A DNA stretch of 64,000 nucleotides from Spirochaetales bacterium (GCA_037142615.1 JBAXAI010000007.1:64001-128000); one strand, 5' to 3'. Shown: positions 6,943 through 16,744, counted from the stretch's first letter. Made by a program: numbers and translations. The notes: generated by a model not told the origin, from the letters alone.

Positions 6943-9708
6943 TCATACCCTAAACACCTTCATCACCTCATCGCCTAGGTGGTTGATCACTTTCACGGCA
7001 ATCCGACCGTTCTTGGGCTTGTCGAAGGGCCGCGAGACGGAACTGTGGAGGCTGTCCCAGGCGTCGGCGTTGATCTCGGCCTTCAGCGTCGTCTTGAGCG
7101 AGCCATAGGGATCGTTGGCTCCTAGGAAGTAGGCGTGGCGGACGAAGAACGACTCTTCGTTGTAGTCGGTGTCGATGAACCAGCAGGCAATGCCATCTGG
7201 GCCATCCGACCGAACGTCACCACTGCGCGGGTCGAACACATCGACGCCCTTCACCTCGATGGTCACCTGGTTATCGCCGACTTCCTGGACCTCGATGTCG
7301 GGCTCCCCAAAGATGACGAACAGGTTGCCCTGGCCGTTATTTCGCAAGTCTTCGGCCATGTGAAGATCGGCGTTCATCCGTGCCTTGAGGACGGGGATGC
7401 GGCCCAACTTGTGGAACTCGGTCGAGTGTGCGTCGTAGTTGAAAGCGCAAGCGATGAGGACGTCGAAATCCGCTTCGGCTGCCTCGCGAGCCGCTTCAAC
7501 CAAGTCCGGGCGGCTGACGGTTCCAAACTCGGGTCCCAAGAAGATGGCGGCCCGATTGTCGCCGTAGCGCCCTTCAGCGCAGATCATCCGGCCCGGCCAA
7601 GGCGTCAGTGAGGTGAAATGGATCTTGTCACCCTTGTCAGGCTGCTGGACGCCGGCCTTGAAAAGGTTGTCGAGGATAAGCCCGGCGAAGTCGTGCACAT
7701 CGTATGCCGCAGAAGGCTCGCGAAGTTCGTCGACCAGTTCATCGTTTTCATCGACCGAAAAAGTGCGATGGGGTGACAAGCTCTCAACCGTGAACGGCCC
7801 GGCGACTCGCACCTTTTTCTTGTCTTCGTAGGGCTTGTCGTAGAGGTACTCGTACTCAGCCTTGGCCGCGATGCTGGCGTCGAACTCCTTTTGGCGGGAG
7901 ATTCGGGCCTTCCAAAATTCAGAGTGTGCCCTATTGGCCACCTCGGACCACGAGGCATCGGTGCCGCGAGGGATTTCCCAATCCTCCCAGGAACTCGCGG
8001 TGGCGGAGTTGAGCTGGACTCGCAGAGGTTCGAGGATTGCCTGCCACTTGTCCCAGATCACGTCGATTTCGGCGTTGTTGGCGATGCTTTTTAGGGTGAT
8101 GTGAGGAACCCTTTCGTACACAAAACCGTGCCTCAGGTTGCCATAGGTAGGTTTGCTACTCAAGGGAGTCCGTGTGACCTCACTCTCTTTGGCTTGTCCT
8201 TCGGGGCTATCTGCCATTAGGTAATAGGGGTAGCGTGCGCCCATGATTCGAGCCCGGGCGAGAGCTAGAGCGACGCGACTGGTATCGACTGTGATCCACC
8301 GGCGGCCCCACTGTTCTGCTACGTACGCGCTGGTGCCAGAACCACATGTGGGGTCGAGGATGAGGTCACCAGGATCCGAGGCCATGAGGAAACAGCGCTG
8401 GATGGGCAACACGTCAGTTTGAACAACGTACTGGGCATCGTCCTCCCCGCGAGTGTCAGTCCAAATGTTTGTGATGGCCCGGAAAGGGAAATCGTCGAAG
8501 TATCGCTTATAGATTCTCAAACCGGGTTGACGAAGGAGTCGCCCAACTTTCCAAAGTTGCTTGATCCCCTTTACCCCTGGCTTCCAGTGTCGATTTGGTT
8601 TGCAGGACAGCCTGATCACACCCTTGCTGGACATGAACTCAACGTCGGGATCATCACCACCCTTTGATGAAATGTCTCCAGTTGCGAAGATTCGAGCACC
8701 CTCAGGCAAGTTGACCTTGTTGCGCTCTGTGTACTTGCTAATTGGTTCAAGAACCCCGGTCAGAGTTTCGACGCGCTTGTACTCTTTTGCTCCGTCCTCA
8801 CCAGGAAACTGAGGAAAGTAGAGTGGCCGCGCCTTCACCTGTTCACGATTCTTCGCGTACCAGACTATGGAGTCGAAGACCTGCGAGATGGTGTCGGATG
8901 TAGAACCGGTGGTCTTGGTGAATACTATCTGCGCCACACAGTTCCCCTCTCCAAACACCTCGTCCATCAGCGCACGCACCCGATGCACGTTCTCGTCGCC
9001 AATCTGGACGAAGATGCTACCGCTGTCAGTCAGCAAGTCCCTAGCCACGGTCAACCGATCCCTCAAGTAGGTCAAATAGCTGTGGATGCCATCACGCCAG
9101 GTGTCGCGGAAGGCTTTGACCTGCTCCGGCTCGCGAGTGATGTGCTCCAGGTTGCCATCCTTCACGTCGCGACTGGTAGTGCTCCACTGGAAGTTGCTAT
9201 TGAACTTGATGCCATACGGCGGGTCAAAGTAGATGCACTGGACTTTGCCCCTCAGTCCTTCACGCTCGGCCAGACTGGCCATCACCTGCAGGCTGTCGCC
9301 TAGAATCATCCGGTTGGTCCAGTGGGCGTCATGCTGGTAGAACTCGGTCTTGGCACCCTCGCTGGGAAGGCCGTTGAAGTCGGCGAATAGGTCAAACTGG
9401 TCTGCGGGTTTTTGCCCCTTCTGTGTCTGTTTCACCAAGTCGTCGATGAGCACCTTTGGGTGAACCTTTTCCTGGATGTAAAGCGGTGGCGCGTTGACCA
9501 CCAAGTCGCTCCAATCCTGTTCATCCTTTCCACGCCACACCAACTGCGGGTCAAGATCACGGTTACGGCGACCATAGGCCACACGGATGGGCGACTTGGT
9601 ATCCGACTCGACCATCGCCTGATACTCGGCAGTGGGAATGTTCTTGCGGGTCTCATCGACGTGGGTGAACGTTGCGATGGGTTTTGGTGTCGGGTCAGTC
9701 TTGGCCAT
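6943..9708 (-). CDS. mod: Type III-like R-M system DNA methyltransferase (Mod, long form)
   Basis: DPPYGIKF (motif IV) precedes LDPTCGSGT (motif I), i.e. beta class; overlaps the end of the Res gene. Confidence 0.92.
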   Translation of the reverse strand: MAKTDPTPKPIATFTHVDETRKNIPTAEYQAMVESDTKSPIRVAYGRRNRDLDPQLVWRGKDEQDWSDLVVNAPPLYIQEKVHPKVLIDDLVKQTQKGQKPADQFDLFADFNGLPSEGAKTEFYQHDAHWTNRMILGDSLQVMASLAEREGLRGKVQCIYFDPPYGIKFNSNFQWSTTSRDVKDGNLEHITREPEQVKAFRDTWRDGIHSYLTYLRDRLTVARDLLTDSGSIFVQIGDENVHRVRALMDEVFGEGNCVAQIVFTKTTGSTSDTISQVFDSIVWYAKNREQVKARPLYFPQFPGEDGAKEYKRVETLTGVLEPISKYTERNKVNLPEGARIFATGDISSKGGDDPDVEFMSSKGVIRLSCKPNRHWKPGVKGIKQLWKVGRLLRQPGLRIYKRYFDDFPFRAITNIWTDTRGEDDAQYVVQTDVLPIQRCFLMASDPGDLILDPTCGSGTSAYVAEQWGRRWITVDTSRVALALARARIMGARYPYYLMADSPEGQAKESEVTRTPLSSKPTYGNLRHGFVYERVPHITLKSIANNAEIDVIWDKWQAILEPLRVQLNSATASSWEDWEIPRGTDASWSEVANRAHSEFWKARISRQKEFDASIAAKAEYEYLYDKPYEDKKKVRVAGPFTVESLSPHRTFSVDENDELVDELREPSAAYDVHDFAGLILDNLFKAGVQQPDKGDKIHFTSLTPWPGRMICAEGRYGDNRAAIFLGPEFGTVSRPDLVEAAREAAEADFDVLIACAFNYDAHSTEFHKLGRIPVLKARMNADLHMAEDLRNNGQGNLFVIFGEPDIEVQEVGDNQVTIEVKGVDVFDPRSGDVRSDGPDGIACWFIDTDYNEESFFVRHAYFLGANDPYGSLKTTLKAEINADAWDSLHSSVSRPFDKPKNGRIAVKVINHLGDEVMKVFRV

Positions 9709-12700
9709 GGGCGTCCTTCTTGGTCACGGAGTCGAGCATCTGGTTCACTTGTGGGGACACGACGGCTTGGAAGTTGGAACCTATGTCAAAAAGGTCTCGC
9801 ATTTCCACGAAAGCCCAGCGACCAAACTTCTTGAGGTTGTTGACGCCAGGAATCCAGTAGGTGTCCATCGTTTGCCGCTTCACCACGGCGTCTTCGCCCC
9901 GGTAGCCCTTGATTTCGACCACCAAGTTAAGCAAGTCATCCTCGCCGTGCCCGTCTTCGACCAACACGATGAAGTCGGGCAAGTAGCGGTGCGCTTCACC
10001 GCCCATCACGTAGGGCACCTCGAACCCGAGGCTCTGGTTCTTCACGTAGGCCCGCACGTTGGGGTGTTGTTCCACCACACGGCAGAACTCGCCTTCCCAC
10101 TCGCTATCGAGCACTGCCCAATTGACGTGGCTTTTGCGGCTGTCGGTCTCCCATCGAAGCGTCTTGGATGTCGTGAAGTTCACATGCGCTGTGGTTCCTT
10201 CGGGGTTGTAAGGATCAATGACCGCCAGAACTGGCCGCTCCTTGCTCATTTCTGCCAGCGTGATGGCAGCGACGATTTTTTCCGCCGCCAAGTTGGCCAA
10301 GTACTTGTACTTCAGCTGGGCCGGATACGTGCCACCGCTACACTTCAGACAGGTGTCGATCCACTGGCGGACGACAGGCTTCAACTTGCCGAACAGGTTC
10401 ACTCTCGGGTTGTTGTCTCCGTCGCGCCAGTGCTGCTGAACAATGTAGGCGGTCAGTCCGAAGACCACCTGGGAAGGCCTAACATCGCCGGTGTGATCGA
10501 GTGTGAGACTGGCCATCTCACCGATGATGCCCGAGTTCTGGGTGCTGGTTGCCCCTACTTCGGTAGGAGTGAGGTGGAGAATCGATTCGTCGGTAAAGTG
10601 GTAGCGGAGTTCTTCTGCGGGCATTTCGACCCGGTAGCCTTTGACATTCGGAAACCGGATTTCCAGCGCCTGCCGTTCGGGGTTCACAGCTTTCACCTGG
10701 ATGGTCTCACGAGGTTTCACCGGCTTAGAGATGACCGGTTTGGCGGTGAAGTCGAAAGGAATGCCGAGCACGTCGGCATACTCGACGCCGAAGAGACCTT
10801 CTTCATTGAGTTCGTACGACTGACGGCGCAGAGCGCGGCCGATCACCTGCTCGCACAGCAACTGAGTACCGAAGGCCCGGACTCCCAAAACGTGAGTCAC
10901 GGTGTTGGTATCCCAACCTTCGGTCAGCATCGAAACCGAGACCACGCAGCGGATGGACTCTCCAAGCTTGCCCTTCTTCCCGACGGTGTTCATGACTTCG
11001 CGCAGGATGTCTGCATCGGTCAGCGAGTCCGCCTTCTGCACGTCGCCTGTGCGCTCGATGACGTCGCGCCGGAACTGCTCGATCTCGGGAGCCGCAAACT
11101 TGCGGAACTGGTCGTCGAGGGCTTCGCCTGACTCCAACTGCTCGCTGTCGATCAGCAGAGTTCGAGGTCGAGGGTACGGATTGCCGTATTCGTCGAAGTT
11201 GGAGAACAACGGCAAACGCCCAGGGATGAACTCTTCGGTGCCATTGCTTTGGGTTCGGGTATAGCCGGAGATGTAGTCGTAGACCAGCTTCGACGCCGAA
11301 GTGTTGTTGCAAACAACGATGAAGCAGGGATCGACGCCCATTCGGGCTTCTCGCCACACTTCAAACGACAGCTTGTAGTGGCCGTACAACGCCTCCAGGG
11401 CCGTCTGCAATTGCGGAGGCAAGTCGTCCGGGTTCAGGTCATTCGTCTGACCGCGGCCCTTCTTGGGCATCTTGTCGCGGATGTGTTCCCACAGATTGCG
11501 GAACATGGGCATCTCGTTGCCGACGATGTTGTCGGACACGGGAACCCGAGGCAGCTTGACGATGCCGCATTCAATGGCGTCCATCAGTGAGAAATCGGAC
11601 ATCGTCCAAGGGAACAGTGTTCCTTCCCGGTACCCCGAGCCTCGCAAAAAGAACGGCGTTGCCGACAGGTCGACGATGCGGTTGCAGCCGAGCTGACGTG
11701 TCACCACCTCGAGACCATGAATCCAGAGCCTGGCGGCCTCCAGGTTCTCCTCGATTTCCTTTCGGTCGTCGCCCTTCAGGGCCGCTTCTTCCTCGGTCAG
11801 CGGACGTTCTTTGTAGCAGTGATGGGCTTCGTCGTTGAGTACCATCACGTTCTTGATTCCCATCAGATCGGGAATCACCCGCTGGAGCATCTGTCCTTCG
11901 GTCTCCGTCGTCAGCAGATCGTCACCGCGTCCTTTCAGGAGCGATCGGGTGCCCTTGGAGACGTCCAGGGTTTCTCGCAGCTTGAAGGCGTGGTAATTGG
12001 TGATGACAATCTTGGCCTTGCCCAGATCGGAAAGGAGTTCGGTGGGAACCAGCTCCCGGCTGATGTAGTAGCTGTCAGGATCGTTCGGCTGCAGAACCCG
12101 GAGGCGATCCTTGATCGTTATGCCGGGTGTGACAATCAGGAAGCCGCGGGTGAACTTTCGGCTACCCTTGTACCGAACCGCATTGATCGTCTGCCAAGCA
12201 ATCACCATGGCCATGACCGTAGTCTTTCCGGCGCCGGTGGCGAGCTTCAGGGCAAGCCTGGACAATCCCGGGTTGGCCTGTTCATTGGCGGCTGTCAGGT
12301 GGTCGAGAAACGCCTCACCGCGTTTGCCGACTTGGGGAGCCACTTCCGTCAGCCAAATGAGAGTCTCAACGGCCTCGATCTGGCAGAAGAACGGCCGCTG
12401 GTTGTGGAAGGGATGCGTACGCCAGTGCTGGAGCAGCCTTGCCGTTTCAGGAGTGACTTTCCAGTCCGAGGGGTCTTTGAGAGCTCGCCATTCATCGACC
12501 TGATGGCGCAACGAGTTGATCGTCTGTGTCAGGTCGTAGTTCAGTTCCTCAGTAGAAATGTCAGCGCCCACGTCGTCGAAGAGCATTTCCTCGTTCGCGG
12601 GCCCATTCTTTTTCCCACCCCGCTTCTTTGGCTTGGGGATCGGAGTCACGAACTTTGCCGGCCGCCGGGTACCGACCACTTGCTGTGTCGGCTGGCCGGT

Positions 12701-12778
12701 CTCGTCCAGCTCCCAATGCTGGGCCGGTGGCTCATACGGGGAGTTCAAGATGGGATGGTCAAAAAAGGGGTTTGACAT
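9695..12778 (-). CDS. res: Type III-like restriction endonuclease (Res; SF2 helicase plus PD-(D/E)xK nuclease)
   Basis: LATGAGKT, NDEAHHCY, MLTEGWD, EQVIGRALRR, YLPDFIV...VEIKG; likely start MSNPFF at 12778. Confidence 0.92.
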   Translation of the reverse strand: MSNPFFDHPILNSPYEPPAQHWELDETGQPTQQVVGTRRPAKFVTPIPKPKKRGGKKNGPANEEMLFDDVGADISTEELNYDLTQTINSLRHQVDEWRALKDPSDWKVTPETARLLQHWRTHPFHNQRPFFCQIEAVETLIWLTEVAPQVGKRGEAFLDHLTAANEQANPGLSRLALKLATGAGKTTVMAMVIAWQTINAVRYKGSRKFTRGFLIVTPGITIKDRLRVLQPNDPDSYYISRELVPTELLSDLGKAKIVITNYHAFKLRETLDVSKGTRSLLKGRGDDLLTTETEGQMLQRVIPDLMGIKNVMVLNDEAHHCYKERPLTEEEAALKGDDRKEIEENLEAARLWIHGLEVVTRQLGCNRIVDLSATPFFLRGSGYREGTLFPWTMSDFSLMDAIECGIVKLPRVPVSDNIVGNEMPMFRNLWEHIRDKMPKKGRGQTNDLNPDDLPPQLQTALEALYGHYKLSFEVWREARMGVDPCFIVVCNNTSASKLVYDYISGYTRTQSNGTEEFIPGRLPLFSNFDEYGNPYPRPRTLLIDSEQLESGEALDDQFRKFAAPEIEQFRRDVIERTGDVQKADSLTDADILREVMNTVGKKGKLGESIRCVVSVSMLTEGWDTNTVTHVLGVRAFGTQLLCEQVIGRALRRQSYELNEEGLFGVEYADVLGIPFDFTAKPVISKPVKPRETIQVKAVNPERQALEIRFPNVKGYRVEMPAEELRYHFTDESILHLTPTEVGATSTQNSGIIGEMASLTLDHTGDVRPSQVVFGLTAYIVQQHWRDGDNNPRVNLFGKLKPVVRQWIDTCLKCSGGTYPAQLKYKYLANLAAEKIVAAITLAEMSKERPVLAVIDPYNPEGTTAHVNFTTSKTLRWETDSRKSHVNWAVLDSEWEGEFCRVVEQHPNVRAYVKNQSLGFEVPYVMGGEAHRYLPDFIVLVEDGHGEDDLLNLVVEIKGYRGEDAVVKRQTMDTYWIPGVNNLKKFGRWAFVEMRDLFDIGSNFQAVVSPQVNQMLDSVTKKDAHGQD

Positions 12779-13042
12779 TGCTGTCAGTTCACCATGAAGG
12801 CCAGTTGAAGTCAAGTTTTCATCCATTACCGTGCAAGAAATAGTCGACCTCCATACGCTACGCGAGGTCCACGAGACAATCATCGCGCATTGGAATGCAC
12901 TAGCTGTGCGCAATCGACAGTATTTCACGGGCTAGGAAGCAGATACGTAACACTTGTATAGTAACTCTTGTCTCCGTTCACCTTTCTGTTTTGGCCCCAC
13001 TTGAAACGACATATTCCAACCCTGTCCTAGCAAGGAGGGAAC

Positions 13043-13933
13043 ATGGACAAAATCGTGATATGGACTTGTGCGCGGTTGCCGCTGGGTCTTGGACTCGCCC
13101 TGTGGTCGATCTCAGGAAGTATGACAATCGCGCTGTTCTGGTATTTCGCCGGGGATTCCTGGCCAAAGCAGGTGATTGCCGTCGGCTGGGCAGTTGCCTT
13201 GGAAGGGACCAAGATCTACTGCTGGAAGCGCGGAGGGTGGCTCAAACTCCTGTCGGGCGCTCTCGTGTGCCTGACGCTGTTCAGTGCATGGTCGATCGCG
13301 GTCGCCTCGGTCGATGCGGCTCACCAGGCGACTGATCAGCATCGGTCGTCACTTCAGGAGAGGGCCTTGTCCGAGCAAAAGGATCAGGCTTCGGTTCAGG
13401 CGCAGATCGACATTCTGGTCGAAAGGCTTCGGGTCCTACCACCGGATTTCGTGACCGGGGCGGCACAGCTGAACAGGGAGCTTCAATCGCTTCGTGATCG
13501 TCAGAGAAGCCTTCGCGCTCTGGATGGGGAGCCACCGGATTCCTTGCCAACGAACGAACCAAATGCGTTTCAGGTGCTTGCTTTGGCGACTGGGTGGACT
13601 CGGGAGAATTGGGTAATTCTCGTTGTTCTTGTGATCGCCGTCCTTACCGAAGCCTCTGCGCTCGCCCTGACGTCAGTGGTCCAGAAGAACACATCGCTAG
13701 CGGAACAGCCTCTTGGAACGCCCAAGATTGCGCCAACGGCTGAGGACTACCTTCGGGTGGCAACCGATCACCCCCGAGCCCCACGGCTCCTCGGGAGATT
13801 GGAAGTGGCCCGCAGATTGGGAATCGGTGAGAACCAGTCGCGACTCCTCCTCGAGGAACTCATCCGTATGGGGCGCATCAAGCGCGGCGGCAAGGCCTTT
13901 GAACTCAGTTCAGTGCGTCGAGGAGGCGCTTGA
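13043..13933 (+). CDS. Membrane protein with coiled coil and C-terminal winged-HTH
   Basis: Three N-terminal hydrophobic helices, coiled coil, fourth TM, then LEVARRLGIGENQSRLLLEELIRMGRI; AAGGAGG RBS. Confidence 0.7.
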   Translation: MDKIVIWTCARLPLGLGLALWSISGSMTIALFWYFAGDSWPKQVIAVGWAVALEGTKIYCWKRGGWLKLLSGALVCLTLFSAWSIAVASVDAAHQATDQHRSSLQERALSEQKDQASVQAQIDILVERLRVLPPDFVTGAAQLNRELQSLRDRQRSLRALDGEPPDSLPTNEPNAFQVLALATGWTRENWVILVVLVIAVLTEASALALTSVVQKNTSLAEQPLGTPKIAPTAEDYLRVATDHPRAPRLLGRLEVARRLGIGENQSRLLLEELIRMGRIKRGGKAFELSSVRRGGA

Positions 13934-14168
13934 CGTAGGCATACCCAGCGTTGATCTTTCCCGACTCGAAACGCGAGAGCGAAGGCTGGTTTGAGCCCAC
14001 CAGGGCGGCAAGTTCAGCCTGACTGTAGCCCTTGGATCGCCGCAAGTCGCGGATCTGAGTGGCAACCGCCTCGAGACGCCGTTGCTCTTCCAGCTGCCTG
14101 ACAACTTGTGGGTCAACCCTCAACTTCCCTTCGCTTACCGACTGCATGAGCCAAGTCCATCGATCCAT
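13905..14168 (-). CDS. XRE-family HTH regulator
   Basis: IRDLRRSKGYSQAELAALVGSNQPSLSRFESG; GGAGG RBS. Confidence 0.85.
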   Translation of the reverse strand: MDRWTWLMQSVSEGKLRVDPQVVRQLEEQRRLEAVATQIRDLRRSKGYSQAELAALVGSNQPSLSRFESGKINAGYAYVKRLLDALN

Positions 14169-14304
14169 GAAAGCCTCCTAAACCCGATTTATACCGGATT
14201 CCATATATCTATCCCCTACATCAACTTGTTGCCTTCGTTCTATTCCTGGATTGGCAGTCAAACGGCCTAGATATTGCTTGGAAGATCCCAGAAAAGGAGG
14301 TTTC

Positions 14305-14472
14305 ATGAGACTCGACGAATCGTCAAATGGGCTGCATCGGGCAGTCCGAATGTTGGATTTCCTGTCAGGACTGCTGGCAAGAAACGTGGAGGGCTTGGAC
14401 GAGCACGAAGCGGAAGGCTTGTGCTGGATCCTGTTGTACGTCGCGGGACAGCTTGCGGACGGCGAGCAATGA
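14305..14472 (+). CDS. Small hypothetical protein (55 aa)
   Basis: AAGGAGG RBS, ATG 14305, ATGA overlap with the radC-like gene. Confidence 0.65.
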   Translation: MRLDESSNGLHRAVRMLDFLSGLLARNVEGLDEHEAEGLCWILLYVAGQLADGEQ

Positions 14473-14903
14473 CCTACGACATCGTTTCTGAGCGAACGGG
14501 GCCTTCAGTCAGAGTGACGGCACCGGCGGACGTCTACAAGCTGGTTGAACGGTACAAGTCCAAGAAGCAGGAGTTCTTTCTCCTGATCACTCTGCAAAGT
14601 GACAACTTGCCGATCCGAGTAAGGGTCGTGACAATTGGACTTTTGGACAGAACTCTGGTCCATCCCAGAGAAATCTTCTCCGCAGCACTCCAGGACAGGG
14701 CCAAGTGTGTGATCCTGGCCCATACCCATCCGAGCGGAAATCTCTCCCCATCAAGGGAAGACTCCGATGCCACTGCTCGATTGTGTCGGGCGGGTGAGCT
14801 TCTCGGAATCCCCGTGGTTGACCACGTCATCGTTGGTCGTCGTAACCCCAGCTACTTTAGTTTTCGCGAACAGGGCTTGTTGCCCTCGTCATCTCATTAT
14901 TAG
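14469..14903 (+). CDS. radC: RadC-like JAB domain protein
   Basis: VHPREIF, ILAHTHPSGNLSPSRED, VVDHVIVG; start at ATGA overlap 14469. Confidence 0.9.
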   Translation: MTYDIVSERTGPSVRVTAPADVYKLVERYKSKKQEFFLLITLQSDNLPIRVRVVTIGLLDRTLVHPREIFSAALQDRAKCVILAHTHPSGNLSPSREDSDATARLCRAGELLGIPVVDHVIVGRRNPSYFSFREQGLLPSSSHY

Positions 14904-14912
14904 GAGGTCTCC

Positions 14913-15770
14913 ATGAACGAGACACCCGATTCACCCGTCTACCTCGAACCTGTCACCAGGAAGACCGTGGACGACTACATCAAGATCCAAGGATTGGCGG
15001 GACAAGCCACTCCGGAAGAGGTCGAGAGGTTCGCGGCCCTGGCGGTTCGGTACCAACTCAACCCGTTCCAGCGCGAACTGCATCTGGTCGGCAACTCCGA
15101 GCGCGGTCAGCGCAAGTTCGTTGCGGTAGTTGGCTACGAAGTTTACCTGCGAAAGGCGGAGCGGACTCACAAACTCGATGGCTGGAAAGCCTGGACCGAG
15201 GGCGAAGGCGAAAAGATGAAAGCCGTTCTCGAGGTCTATCGTGCCGACTGGGCTCACCCCTTCGTCCATGAAGTCCACTTCGAGGAAGCAGTGCAGAGGC
15301 AGCCGGATGGAAGTCCAACGGCCTTCTGGCAACGGATGCCCAAGTTCCAATTGAGGAAGGTGTGCATTTCTCAGGGCTTCCGGTTGTGCTTCGCCGAGGA
15401 GCTGGGCGGCATTCCGTACGAAGCCGTTGAGCTGAACGCGGAAGACGCAGTGGTTCAGCCAGCGACGTCGCCGGCTCGTCCGAAGGAACCGGTGGCTGCT
15501 CAGGCAACGTCGGAAACGGGCAGCTTTGGCACCGTGGGCGACGAGCTTATCCAGTTCCTGACGGCCAATGAGGGAATGTTCACGAAGAAGCACTTGCAGT
15601 GGATCCGAGATCGTATCGCTGCCGATCCATCGAACGAGACAAAGAAAAAAATGATCTCATACGCTCGCCGCGTGGTCAGCCAGGGGGGCGACGCCCCCGA
15701 ACAGCCCCGTGCGAGCCGTTCCTACGGCAACCGAACCCAGCGAAAGCCCGATTTGATGCCAACTTTCTAA
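14913..15770 (+). CDS. bet: Bet/RecT-family single-strand annealing protein
   Basis: QLNPFQRELHLV, VVGYEVYLRKAERTHKLDGW, WQRMPKFQLRKVCISQGFRLCF. Confidence 0.85.
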   Translation: MNETPDSPVYLEPVTRKTVDDYIKIQGLAGQATPEEVERFAALAVRYQLNPFQRELHLVGNSERGQRKFVAVVGYEVYLRKAERTHKLDGWKAWTEGEGEKMKAVLEVYRADWAHPFVHEVHFEEAVQRQPDGSPTAFWQRMPKFQLRKVCISQGFRLCFAEELGGIPYEAVELNAEDAVVQPATSPARPKEPVAAQATSETGSFGTVGDELIQFLTANEGMFTKKHLQWIRDRIAADPSNETKKKMISYARRVVSQGGDAPEQPRASRSYGNRTQRKPDLMPTF

Positions 15771-15780
15771 GGAGGAAAGC

Positions 15781-16314
15781 ATGACAGCACTGATGGAGAG
15801 GCAGGCCGTGAGCCTGCCTTCCTTTATTTATGGTGAGCCACCGGAAGCCACCGAGGACCACTTTATTGTCGATGACGAGCGAAAGGCGTCCTGGGCGGCG
15901 AACAAGGTTCTGACGATCCGGCGGCGAATGGAGGCCCGTTCGAAACTGGCTGAGTCGTACCAGATGAGGATTCTCGACTGGTTGCAGCAAACCAACGCCA
16001 CCGACGAGAAATCGGCCGAGTTTCTGGAAGGCTCGCTTCGCCCGTGGGTGGAGAAGGAAGTCGCGCAGCTGGGGAAAACTCGCCACATAAGCCTTCCCGG
16101 AGCCCGGGTGGGACTGCGGAAAAATCCAGCCAAAGTCGCCATAGTCGACCAGGTTCAGGCTCTCGGCTTCTGCATCGAAAACCTCGAAGAAGCCGTGGTA
16201 GTCAAACGCGAGCTGAGTAAGGCCGAGCTGAAAAAGCACCTGATCCAGGGTGCCAGAATTCCGGGGGCCGAGTTGGTTCCTGGGCAAGACGAACTGACCG
16301 TCACCGCCGAGTGA
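15781..16314 (+). CDS. Mu Gam-like host-nuclease inhibitor
   Basis: FIVDDERKASWAANKV, coiled coil, ISLPGARVGLRK, KRELSKAELKKHL; follows bet. Confidence 0.7.
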   Translation: MTALMERQAVSLPSFIYGEPPEATEDHFIVDDERKASWAANKVLTIRRRMEARSKLAESYQMRILDWLQQTNATDEKSAEFLEGSLRPWVEKEVAQLGKTRHISLPGARVGLRKNPAKVAIVDQVQALGFCIENLEEAVVVKRELSKAELKKHLIQGARIPGAELVPGQDELTVTAE

Positions 16315-16327
16315 CAAGGAGATTCAA

Positions 16328-16624
16328 GTGTATGACCTAAATAGTGTACTAGTTGAAGGACGCATCGAAAACATTAAGGCCAAGAAGGACCACACCGGCT
16401 TCTGGGTGGAAATCCGCAACCGACGCCCGAAGCAGATGGAAGACGAATCCATGTCGCACCGGTTCCGCATCGAAGTCGGGTCAAACCTTCGCGGCTGCCC
16501 GCCGGAACGCTTCCATGTCGGGCGTTCGGTCCGTGTGGTTGGCCACCTGAGACGGGAATCTCGGCTTGGCCCCTTTGTCAAAGCCGAGTGCGTCGAGTTC
16601 AAAGGCCCTGAGGTGTTGGTTTGA
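16328..16624 (+). CDS. ssb: Divergent single-stranded DNA-binding (OB-fold) protein
   Basis: LNSVLVEGRI...GRSVRVVGHLR...VKAECVEFK; lacks an acidic tail. Confidence 0.7.
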   Translation: MYDLNSVLVEGRIENIKAKKDHTGFWVEIRNRRPKQMEDESMSHRFRIEVGSNLRGCPPERFHVGRSVRVVGHLRRESRLGPFVKAECVEFKGPEVLV

Positions 16625-16740
16625 AACCTGAACCGCCCCAGTTGCCCGATCCCGTCGTCTGGGTGGTGGTCGCAGCCGTCGGCTCGGCCGTTTCCTGGCT
16701 GTTGGACAAGTTCTTCGGAGAGGAAGAAGGCAGGAACTAG
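16621..16740 (+). CDS. Small hydrophobic peptide (39 aa; not in ORF track)
   Basis: TTGA overlap with ssb stop, GAGGTG RBS; MKPEPPQLPDPVVWVVVAAVGSAVSWLLDKFFGEEEGRN, ends just before a hairpin. Confidence 0.5.
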   Translation: MKPEPPQLPDPVVWVVVAAVGSAVSWLLDKFFGEEEGRN

Positions 16741-16744
16741 AGAA

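Noticed and set aside
6943-9708. Phase-variable mod (phasevarion)
   Set aside because: No simple sequence repeat tract seen in or upstream of mod.
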